64,000 nt of DNA from a virus, in the IMG/VR virus record IMGVR_UViG_3300044620_000527, positions 13,054 to 77,053 of that record, one strand, 5' to 3'. The notes beneath the pieces are model-generated. The model saw only the letters and a list, made by a program, of their open reading frames with translations, did no database searches and was not told the DNA's origin. Positions 49,701 through 57,137 of the stretch are shown one piece after another (positions within the stretch are counted from its first letter, which is position 1; every line of letters starts with the position of its first letter). The position numbers and the translations under genes are program-made.

Positions 49701-51161
49701 ATGGACCCTAATCGTCAAATGATCACAGAATCTGCCCGCAAGAAGTGGCAACCAATCCTTGAGCACAAGGCATTGCCAGAAATCAAGGACAGTTATAAGA
49801 AGACTGTAACAACAATCCTCTTGGAGAACCAAGAGCGCGCCCTCCGCGAATCATACCAAGGTATTGCCGGTACAGGACTCGGTAACATTGGTGGGTTTGA
49901 AGCCGGTGCAACCTCAACAACTGGTACTGGTATCGATTCATTCGATCCAATCATGATCAGTTTGGTTCGTCGCGCTATGCCAAATTTGATGGCTTACGAC
50001 ATCGCTGGTGTTCAACCAATGAACGGCCCAACCGGCTTGATCTTCGCAATGAAGACAAAGTATCAAAACGCTGGTACAGGAACAATTGGTGCCCGCGCTG
50101 GTAATGCCAGTGAAGCACTGTTCAAGGAAGCCAACACAAGTTGGTCCGGTGAAACTGGTGCTGCTGGTGACATGGGAGATATCTTCCAAGATGACGCCGG
50201 TTCAACCGATGGACGCTTCGAAGCCGGTCGTGGATTTGCCACATCTAAGGGTGAAAAACTCGGAGATGGTACAAATAACTTTAACGAAATGTCTTTCACA
50301 ATCGAAAAGACAGCCGTTACAGCCAAGACTCGCGCCCTCAAGGCAGAGTACACAACAGAACTCGCTCAAGACCTCAAGGCCGTTCACGGACTTGACGCTG
50401 AGACAGAGTTGGCTAACATCCTCTCAACTGAAATCATGTTTGAAATCAACCGCGAGTTGGTTCGTCAAATCTATGATGTCGCTAAGTTGGGTTGCCAACA
50501 AGCCGACCTCGCCGGTAAGGCTACAGGTGGTGGTTTGAATGGTGCCGCAGGTGGTGGTACATATAACCTAGAACTTGACTCCGATGGACGTTGGAGTGCT
50601 GAAAAGTTCCGTGGTTTGACCTTCCAAATCGAGCGCGAGTGCAACGTAGTAGGTGCTGAGACTCGTCGTGGTAAGGGTAACTTTATCATCACAAGTCCAG
50701 ACGTTGCTGCTGCCCTCAGTATGAGTGGTTTGCTCGACTTCTCTCCAGCATTCAGTGGTGCTCTTAACACAGACGTTAATGGTAACACCTTCGCTGGTAC
50801 ACTCCACGGTGGACGCATCAAGGTTTACATTGATCCATATTCAATGCCAACCCACACAGAAACCTTCTCACCAATCAATTTCGTATGCGTAGGATATAAG
50901 GGAACAAGTCCATACGACGCTGGTCTCTTCTACTGCCCATACGTTCCATTGCAAATGGTAAGAGCCGTTGATACAGGTACATTCCAACCAAAGATTGGTT
51001 TCAAGACCCGTTATGGTATGGTAAGTAACCCATATGTTCTCAATGGAAGCAACCTCCCAGACGCAGAAGTATTGACCCGCAGACGCAATCAATACTACCG
51101 CATCTTCCGAGTTGACAACCTCCACGGTAACGACGCTACATATCACCCAACCACTAACTAA
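49701..51161 (+). CDS. gp23: Major capsid protein gp23
   Basis: KW.PILEH, LLENQE, DP.MISLVRRAMPNLMAYDIAGVQPM.GPTGLIFAM, RALKAEYT.ELAQDLKA.HGLDAE and FQPKIGFKTRYG motifs. Confidence 0.98.
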   Translation: MDPNRQMITESARKKWQPILEHKALPEIKDSYKKTVTTILLENQERALRESYQGIAGTGLGNIGGFEAGATSTTGTGIDSFDPIMISLVRRAMPNLMAYDIAGVQPMNGPTGLIFAMKTKYQNAGTGTIGARAGNASEALFKEANTSWSGETGAAGDMGDIFQDDAGSTDGRFEAGRGFATSKGEKLGDGTNNFNEMSFTIEKTAVTAKTRALKAEYTTELAQDLKAVHGLDAETELANILSTEIMFEINRELVRQIYDVAKLGCQQADLAGKATGGGLNGAAGGGTYNLELDSDGRWSAEKFRGLTFQIERECNVVGAETRRGKGNFIITSPDVAAALSMSGLLDFSPAFSGALNTDVNGNTFAGTLHGGRIKVYIDPYSMPTHTETFSPINFVCVGYKGTSPYDAGLFYCPYVPLQMVRAVDTGTFQPKIGFKTRYGMVSNPYVLNGSNLPDAEVLTRRRNQYYRIFRVDNLHGNDATYHPTTN

Positions 51162-51187
51162 TAATTAGTGTGTAAACTAACGAGTAG

Positions 51188-51217
51188 AGGGTTCCGAAAG
51201 GAACCCTTTATTCTTTT
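51188..51217 (+). terminator. Rho-independent terminator after gp23
   Basis: AGGGTTCC-GAAA-GGAACCCT stem with a GNRA loop, followed by TTATTCTTTT. Confidence 0.85.
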
Positions 51218-51224
51218 ATAGATA
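51217..51224 (+). promoter_or_regulatory. Late promoter variant TATAGATA giving a probable leaderless gp3 mRNA
   Basis: TATAnATA match right after the terminator, 5 nt before the ATG at 51230; no SD. Confidence 0.6.
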
Positions 51225-51229
51225 CTATT

Positions 51230-51757
51230 ATGAGCAATCTAATAACAAACGCAATACAAAGACAGCCAAAGTCGATCAACCCAATGCAGTTGAACGAATA
51301 TAAAATGGTATTGCATAGAACTCCTCATATAGTTTATTTCTGTCAGTCAATCAACCTACCCGGTATCCAATCTAGTCCTATATCGCAGCCTAGTCCCTTT
51401 GCCACCGATATAAAGAGGACTCCAGGCAAGGTAACGCATGATGATTTAAATGTTAAATTCATTGTAAACGAGGATATGTCTAATTGGTTAGAATTGTATA
51501 ATTGGTTACGAACAATTACGCCAATTGATACATTCAATAATCAAGTTCAAGAAACACAAAGATTTTCTGATATTTCAATAATAGTGATGAACAGTAAGTC
51601 TTTAGGTTTATTGCATTTCACATATAGAGATTGTTTTCCTTTGGCAATATCTGGATTAGATCTAGACAGTACTGTTAGTGATATTAATCCTGCGATTGCT
51701 GGAGTAACATTTGCATACAGCGGGTTTACAGTAGAAACCCTCAGACAGAACATTTAA
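51230..51757 (+). CDS. gp3: Tail completion / tube terminator gp3
   Basis: P....YFCQS.NLPG, PG....DDL.V.F.VNEDM.NW.E.YNW and FP..ISGL motifs. Confidence 0.88.
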   Translation: MSNLITNAIQRQPKSINPMQLNEYKMVLHRTPHIVYFCQSINLPGIQSSPISQPSPFATDIKRTPGKVTHDDLNVKFIVNEDMSNWLELYNWLRTITPIDTFNNQVQETQRFSDISIIVMNSKSLGLLHFTYRDCFPLAISGLDLDSTVSDINPAIAGVTFAYSGFTVETLRQNI

Positions 51758-51785
51758 TTGCTTTTTACTTGATGTGTGATATACT
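51758..51785 (+). promoter_or_regulatory. Sigma70-type promoter TTGCTT-N16-TATACT with extended TG
   Basis: TTGCTT at 51758-51763, TG at 51777-51778, TATACT at 51780-51785; AGGAG RBS before the ATG at 51802. Confidence 0.65.
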
Positions 51786-51801
51786 CCCCATAGGAGATTT
51801 T

Positions 51802-52239
51802 ATGCTATTTGATGATATTAAAAAGATGGCGGAAGTTGATTTGAAGTTTAACGAATCCGAACTGGATACGGAGTCTCTACGCATTCCCCAGTTACATGGT
51901 AAATATTTAAATATGCTGTACGATGAGAAACTTGTACTACGTAAATGGAAAAATGAACTGGGACAACTTTTAAAATTAAAGTGGGAATACTATACTGGCA
52001 AAATGTCAGAGGAACAACTAAAGGAACTTAATTGGGAGCCATTTCAGTTGCGTATTCTAAAGCAAGATGTTGAATTGTATATGGAATCGGATGTGGATCT
52101 GAATCAAAAAAGAGATAGAGTATTTGTACAAGAAGAGAAAGTAAACTACTTAGAATCAATTATTAAAATGATTTCTAATCGCCAATATCATATCAGAGAT
52201 GCTATCACTTGGCGTAAGTTCATAAATGGAGAATCATAA
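51802..52239 (+). CDS. uvsY: Recombination mediator UvsY
   Basis: LD.ESL.IPQLH.KY, KWEYY.GK and I.NR.Y.I..AI.W.KF motifs. Start moved to ATG 51802, which follows the AGGAG. Confidence 0.92.
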   Translation: MLFDDIKKMAEVDLKFNESELDTESLRIPQLHGKYLNMLYDEKLVLRKWKNELGQLLKLKWEYYTGKMSEEQLKELNWEPFQLRILKQDVELYMESDVDLNQKRDRVFVQEEKVNYLESIIKMISNRQYHIRDAITWRKFINGES

Positions 52240-52240
52240 T

Positions 52241-52259
52241 TGTCCTAAATAATAGGACA
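52241..52259 (+). promoter_or_regulatory. Hairpin occluding the uvsW start, overlapping a late-promoter-like CCTAAATA (52244-52251)
   Basis: TGTCCTA-AATAA-TAGGACA; the final A is the A of the uvsW ATG. Confidence 0.6.
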
Positions 52260-53734
52260 TGAGTGATTTAATAATTGAACCAGTTGATTCTGTTTATATC
52301 AAGGTAAAGTGTGAAAAAGGATATGCTAAAGAACTTTCCGATTTTTTCACGTTCAAAGTACCTGGTCATAAATTCATGCCTGCGTTTAGGAATAAAATGT
52401 GGGATGGGCAGATCAAACTGTACAACATCTATAAGCAAGAAATCTATGCCGGATTGGAAGATTATGTCATCCAATTTGCAAAAGATAGATCGTATAACAT
52501 TGAGAGACGCGAAACTCCAAAGAAAAATTCGATTACTCCTGATGAAGTCGTAAAGTTTGCAAAACTTTTAAATATCCCATTTAATCTTCACGACCACCAA
52601 GTAGAAGGCATCTGTCATGCAATTAATAATGATAGATGTCTTTTGCTTTCTCCAACTGGTTCCGGAAAGAGTCTTATCATTTATACTTTGGTAAGATACT
52701 ATCTTGATAGAATCAACCCTAAAAAGAAAATACTAATCATTGTTCCAACTATTTCATTAGTTACACAAATGTATTCGGATTTCTTTGAATATTCAAAAAC
52801 ATCCGAATGGAAACTGCGGAAGTATTGTCACAAAATACATGGTGGAGAAGAAAAAGAAACAGACAAGCAAATAGTAATCTCAACTTGGCAAAGCATTTAT
52901 AAGATGCCAAAAACTTACTTCGACGAATTCGAAGTAGTAATAGGTGACGAATGCCATTTGTTTAAATCAAAATCACTAACAGCGATAATGACCAAACTTA
53001 CAGGTTGTCCTTATCGCATCGGTACAACTGGTACTTTGGATGGAACATTCACCCATAAACTAGTAATAGAAGGACTGTTTGGAAGAGTCCACAAAGTCAC
53101 CAGTACAAAAGAGTTGATGGATAAGGAATTATTATCCAAATTAAATATTGATTGTATTGTTTTAAATTATCCACCAGAAGTAAAACAAAGTTGTAAGAAA
53201 TTCAAATACGCAGAAGAAATTGACTGGTTGGTGCAAAATCAAAAACGAAACGAATTCATTTGTAATCTGGCAGAAAGTTTAAAGGGAAATACTCTAATAC
53301 TATTTCAGTTTGTAGAAAAACATGGAAAGGTATTGTACGACATTTTACAAAAGATGAACAATAAAAAAGTATTCTTTGTGCATGGTGGTACTGAAGCAGA
53401 TGACAGAGAAATGATAAGAAAAATTGTAGAGAAGGAAGAAAACGCCATTATTGTAGCATCATACGGTACATTCAGTACAGGTATATCCATTAAACGACTA
53501 CATAATATTGTATTCTCATCTCCATCTAAGAGTAGAATACGGGTGTTACAAAGTATTGGAAGACAACTTAGAAAATCGGAATTTAAAGAAAAAGCAAAGT
53601 TGTATGATATAGCGGATGATTTGTCTTGGAAGTCTCATCAAAATCACACGCTTAGACATTTTGGTGAAAGACTTAAAATATATGAACACGAAAAGTTTGA
53701 TTTTCGTAAAATAGTAATATCGATAGAGGAGTAA
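52259..53734 (+). CDS. uvsW: SF2 DNA helicase UvsW
   Basis: WDG.IKL, SPTGSGKS, STWQS, DECH, GTTGT, ASYGTFSTGI and QSIGR.LR motifs. Confidence 0.96.
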   Translation: MSDLIIEPVDSVYIKVKCEKGYAKELSDFFTFKVPGHKFMPAFRNKMWDGQIKLYNIYKQEIYAGLEDYVIQFAKDRSYNIERRETPKKNSITPDEVVKFAKLLNIPFNLHDHQVEGICHAINNDRCLLLSPTGSGKSLIIYTLVRYYLDRINPKKKILIIVPTISLVTQMYSDFFEYSKTSEWKLRKYCHKIHGGEEKETDKQIVISTWQSIYKMPKTYFDEFEVVIGDECHLFKSKSLTAIMTKLTGCPYRIGTTGTLDGTFTHKLVIEGLFGRVHKVTSTKELMDKELLSKLNIDCIVLNYPPEVKQSCKKFKYAEEIDWLVQNQKRNEFICNLAESLKGNTLILFQFVEKHGKVLYDILQKMNNKKVFFVHGGTEADDREMIRKIVEKEENAIIVASYGTFSTGISIKRLHNIVFSSPSKSRIRVLQSIGRQLRKSEFKEKAKLYDIADDLSWKSHQNHTLRHFGERLKIYEHEKFDFRKIVISIEE

Positions 53735-53736
53735 AT

Positions 53737-54369
53737 ATGGATTCAGAATATAAAGTGCTAAAACTAACAAACGGTGATAGCGTTATTACGGAAATAAGTT
53801 CTACTTCCGAAAAATCAATATTTCTCCATAGACCTATGGCATTTAAGACAGTAATGATGATGGATGAGAATATGAATTCTACCGAAGTTCTTTTATTAAA
53901 AAATTGGGCGGAGTATTCAGCCGATACTGATATAGAAGTACCATTAAATTCTATTATGACATCATGGAAACCCGATGTTCTATTATTGAATTGTTATGAG
54001 ATGGAAAAGATAAAACAAGACGCTCCGGAGATATACAAACTTTTAAAATCAAAGGATAAAAGTTTGCCTCCAGTAAATCCAAACATAATGCCAATGTTGC
54101 CTGGAATGCCTGGATTACCCACACCAACACCAAAGAACATCCCAAATAATATGGCAAATTTTAATTTAAATTTACCAATGGATGTCGCTAAACAATTGAT
54201 TGAATTTTTAGAATCGCAGGGAATAGATTTAATTGGACCCGACTTTTCTGATAATGAATTACCCGAAGAGATGTCTGATGAAGAAATGATAGATGATTTA
54301 TCAGAAGATCAGGGGTTTGGAAATAATTTTGACGATTGGTCGTCAGATCCCCAAGACTACCTCAAGTAA
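53737..54369 (+). CDS. Conserved T4-like hypothetical protein (Sm-like N-terminus, acidic tail)
   Basis: KVLKLTNGDSVI...L..P....W pattern, typical of the gene between uvsW and gp55; GAGGAG RBS. Confidence 0.6.
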   Translation: MDSEYKVLKLTNGDSVITEISSTSEKSIFLHRPMAFKTVMMMDENMNSTEVLLLKNWAEYSADTDIEVPLNSIMTSWKPDVLLLNCYEMEKIKQDAPEIYKLLKSKDKSLPPVNPNIMPMLPGMPGLPTPTPKNIPNNMANFNLNLPMDVAKQLIEFLESQGIDLIGPDFSDNELPEEMSDEEMIDDLSEDQGFGNNFDDWSSDPQDYLK

Positions 54370-54404
54370 TATATTGCAGGGCCCGGTATCCACCGGCACA
54401 GAGA

Positions 54405-54432
54405 ATTATAAGGGGTTTCGCAAATCTGTCAA
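54405..54432 (-). promoter_or_regulatory. Perfect-consensus sigma70 promoter on the minus strand (TTGACA-N16-TATAAT), antisense to ORF 53737 and uvsW
   Basis: Plus strand shows ATTATA at 54405-54410 and TGTCAA at 54427-54432. Confidence 0.7.
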
Positions 54433-54453
54433 GAGAAAAATATAGGAAATCGC

Positions 54454-54481
54454 TTGCTTTATGTGAGCGTTGTAGTATCAT
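54454..54481 (+). promoter_or_regulatory. Sigma70-type promoter TTGCTT-N16-TATCAT for gp55
   Basis: TTGCTT at 54454-54459 and TATCAT at 54476-54481; GGAG RBS before the ATG at 54502. Confidence 0.55.
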
Positions 54482-54501
54482 ACCCACATGCGGAGAACAT
54501 T

Positions 54502-55098
54502 ATGAAGAAGAACAAAAAGAAAAAGAAGAAGCAAGAAGAAGTTATAGAAGAGCCTCTTCCTGAAGAAGTAATTGAAGAAATTCAAAAGAAATCACATTAC
54601 ATCAACAATAAAATGTTTTTTGATGAAATGGTTGAATGGAAAACAAAAGTAAATGAATCAAAAGAGGTTGGAGATCCCATACCACCAGTAACTCCGTATA
54701 TTGGTCAGTGCTTTATGGAAATTGCTGAAAATTTAGCAAAGAAACCAAACTTTATGAACTACCCTTTTAAAGATGATATGATTGGGGATGGGGTAGAGAA
54801 TTGTTTGATGTATTGCTCAAACTTTGATCCCACCAAATCGAATAATCCCTTTTCTTACTTTACCCAAATAATTTACTATGCGTTCTTGCGTAGAATTCAA
54901 AAAGAGAAGAAACAAACATTAATTAAATACAAATACCTAAAGTCTTTGGATACAAAAGGTGATTTATCTGAATACTTAAAGCATATGGGTATAAGTGAAG
55001 ATGAAGAAAATTATTTAAAAACATTAGATGAAGAGACACCCAAAAAGCCAAAGAATAAAAAGAAAAATCGCAAGAGTCTAATAATGGAGGATGAATGA
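54502..55098 (+). CDS. gp55: Late-transcription sigma factor gp55
   Basis: HYINNK.F, YIG.CF..IA..L..KPNF.NY...DDMI.DG.ENC and NPFSYFTQIIYYAFLRRIQKEKKQ motifs. Confidence 0.96.
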   Translation: MKKNKKKKKKQEEVIEEPLPEEVIEEIQKKSHYINNKMFFDEMVEWKTKVNESKEVGDPIPPVTPYIGQCFMEIAENLAKKPNFMNYPFKDDMIGDGVENCLMYCSNFDPTKSNNPFSYFTQIIYYAFLRRIQKEKKQTLIKYKYLKSLDTKGDLSEYLKHMGISEDEENYLKTLDEETPKKPKNKKKNRKSLIMEDE

Positions 55099-56144
55099 AA
55101 ATAGCATTTTTGGCTGATACTCATTTTGGTGCTAGAAATGATGCTCCATTATTTTTGGATCACTTCTTAGACTTTTTTGAAAATCAATTCTTCCCATATT
55201 TGGAAGAACACAACATTAAGACAATAATTCACTTGGGTGATCTTATGGATCGCCGCAAGTTTGTTAATTTTCATACATTAAATCAAGTTCGTAAGAGGTT
55301 TATAGACAAATTAAAAGATGGCAACTACGAAATGCATTGTATTGCGGGTAATCATGATACCTATTTTAGAAATACTAATGATGTTAACTCTCTTCGAGAA
55401 TTGTTTGACGGAGACTTCAAGATATACGATTTTTTACCAGCAAAGGTAAACTTCAGTGGAGTTGATTTTGTATTTGTTCCGTGGTTAAATAAAGCAAATA
55501 GTGAACAAAGTTTGCAGTTTATTAAAAATACTTCTGCGGATTTTGTTCTTGGTCATTTTGAGTTTGTCGGGTATCAAGTTTTGCGTGGAGTTAAGCACGA
55601 AGAAGGAACCGATCCATCTTTGTTCTCAAAGTTTGAACATGTATATTCTGGTCACTTTCATTGCAAGCAAACAGACAAGAATATCTCATATCTTGGTACA
55701 CCTTATCAAATAACATTTGGTGATGTTAATGAACGCAAAGGTTTCCATGTGTTTGACACAGATACCCGCGTCATGGAATTTATTCCTAATAAAAACAAAA
55801 TGTTCTATGTTCTTCGTTATAATGATAAAGACGAAGATCCCATGAAAATTGATTTCACAGAATATAAGAACAAGTTTGTAAAAATTATTGTAGAAACAAA
55901 AACTAAACCATACATTTTTGATAGATTTATGGATAGTCTTTATGGCGCTCAAGTAGCAAACTTAACGGTTGCGGAAGAGCAAAACAATGATATACTTTCG
56001 GTTGATAAAGTTGATGCATCATTGGATACGGTATCCATCATCAATAACGAAATTGATGGGATGCAAGAAGTTCAGAATAAAGAAAAACTAAAGAAGATTA
56101 TTCACGAACTTTATTTGGAAAGTCTTTCTTCACAAGAAATATGA
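55095..56144 (+). CDS. gp47: Recombination endonuclease subunit gp47 (Mre11/SbcD-like)
   Basis: DTHFGAR, HLGD..DRRK, GNHD, GHFE and SGHFH metallophosphoesterase motifs. Confidence 0.95.
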   Translation: MKIAFLADTHFGARNDAPLFLDHFLDFFENQFFPYLEEHNIKTIIHLGDLMDRRKFVNFHTLNQVRKRFIDKLKDGNYEMHCIAGNHDTYFRNTNDVNSLRELFDGDFKIYDFLPAKVNFSGVDFVFVPWLNKANSEQSLQFIKNTSADFVLGHFEFVGYQVLRGVKHEEGTDPSLFSKFEHVYSGHFHCKQTDKNISYLGTPYQITFGDVNERKGFHVFDTDTRVMEFIPNKNKMFYVLRYNDKDEDPMKIDFTEYKNKFVKIIVETKTKPYIFDRFMDSLYGAQVANLTVAEEQNNDILSVDKVDASLDTVSIINNEIDGMQEVQNKEKLKKIIHELYLESLSSQEI

Positions 56145-56704
56145 ATATTTTTGTATTAGATAATAATCCTCGTAATGCGGCACAAATGATGTGCGATAAG
56201 CACGTAGTTAAAATGATTTTGGAGTCTTGTCAACTCATGTCTACTGCCCATCATGTTTTGGATGGTAATGAAATTACAAGAACTACAAAGAACGGAAGAA
56301 AGTTTAAGACATGGGAAGTAAATAAGCCAGGATTTACTTTTTTGCGATGCACCATGATAAACCATCCATGCACCATATGGGCCAGAGCAAGCACGGAATC
56401 CTATTACTGGTTGTGGGAACACACCCACGAAATGCTAAAGGTATATCAAGCCCGTTATAACAAAATTCATTGTTATGACAATATGATTCAATATAGTTTG
56501 GCACATTGTCCGAAAAATATACCGAATGCTACCATGCCGCCTTTTGCTCAAGCGATGCCTGATCAGTATAAAAATTCTGATGCAGTTCGGGCATATCGTG
56601 ATTATTACATTTATGAAAAATCTAGATTTGCAAAATGGAAGACAGGAAATGTGCCATCTTGGTACGCAGAAGGTGTGAGCAACATAAATACTGTACAAAC
56701 ATGA
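56141..56704 (+). CDS. Pyrimidine dimer DNA glycosylase / endonuclease V family protein
   Basis: MNIF.LD..P..AA...CDKHVVKMILES.QL.STAH, NHPCTIW and QAMPD.YK...V.AYR.YY..EK motifs. Confidence 0.8.
   Translation: MNIFVLDNNPRNAAQMMCDKHVVKMILESCQLMSTAHHVLDGNEITRTTKNGRKFKTWEVNKPGFTFLRCTMINHPCTIWARASTESYYWLWEHTHEMLKVYQARYNKIHCYDNMIQYSLAHCPKNIPNATMPPFAQAMPDQYKNSDAVRAYRDYYIYEKSRFAKWKTGNVPSWYAEGVSNINTVQT
56683..56690 (+). promoter_or_regulatory. Late promoter CATAAATA for the gp68-like gene
   Basis: NATAAATA match 10 nt before the ATG at 56701. Confidence 0.6.
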
Positions 56705-57135
56705 TTACAGTAGTAGAAAATATAATTACAGTAGACACTGAAGATGAAACCAAAATGGTTGAATTGTTTTTGGAAGAAAACCATTTTGATTTTGATTTAT
56801 TGTCTAGTAATTTTTTAGTATACGATCCAGTTGAAGAATTGCTTGAAGAGTTTATGGATTCTTCTTTGGATATTTTGCTTGACGAGGGTGTTGCACAGCG
56901 TAAAATTGTAGTCAGAGGTGGAAAAAGAAAAGTCATCTTTAGATGTAAGCCCGGTGAAAAGAAAATAAGTAGACGGTGCGCTCGTAGAAAAAGTTCCGAG
57001 TTAGCAAAAATGCGTCGCCGCGCTCGACGGGCTGCCAGAAAATCAAAGAGCAAAAGAGGTCGTGCATTAAGAAAGAGAAGAATTTCTTTGCGTAGAAGAA
57101 AGACTCTTGGTGGTACTAAGAAACACGAACATTAA
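56701..57135 (+). CDS. Prohead core protein gp68-like (acidic N-half, very basic C-half)
   Basis: Acidic leader ending ILLDE, followed by ...RRARRAARKSKSKRGRALRKRRISLRRRKTLG, like the T4 gp68 C-terminus. Start at ATG 56701 overlaps the upstream TGA. Confidence 0.65.
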   Translation: MITVVENIITVDTEDETKMVELFLEENHFDFDLLSSNFLVYDPVEELLEEFMDSSLDILLDEGVAQRKIVVRGGKRKVIFRCKPGEKKISRRCARRKSSELAKMRRRARRAARKSKSKRGRALRKRRISLRRRKTLGGTKKHEH

Positions 57136-57137
57136 TT

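Noticed and set aside
49701-51161. Higher GC and different codon usage in gp23 (and partly gp18/gp22)
   Set aside because: Explained by translational selection on highly expressed genes rather than horizontal transfer.
20135-51757. Absence of recognisable gp9-gp12, wac and gp24
   Set aside because: Normal for non-enteric T4-like phages, where VrlC-like and fibre genes occupy this region.
54336-54563. 75-aa + strand ORF spanning the gp55 upstream region
   Set aside because: It overlaps two real genes and both promoters, and has no recognisable features.
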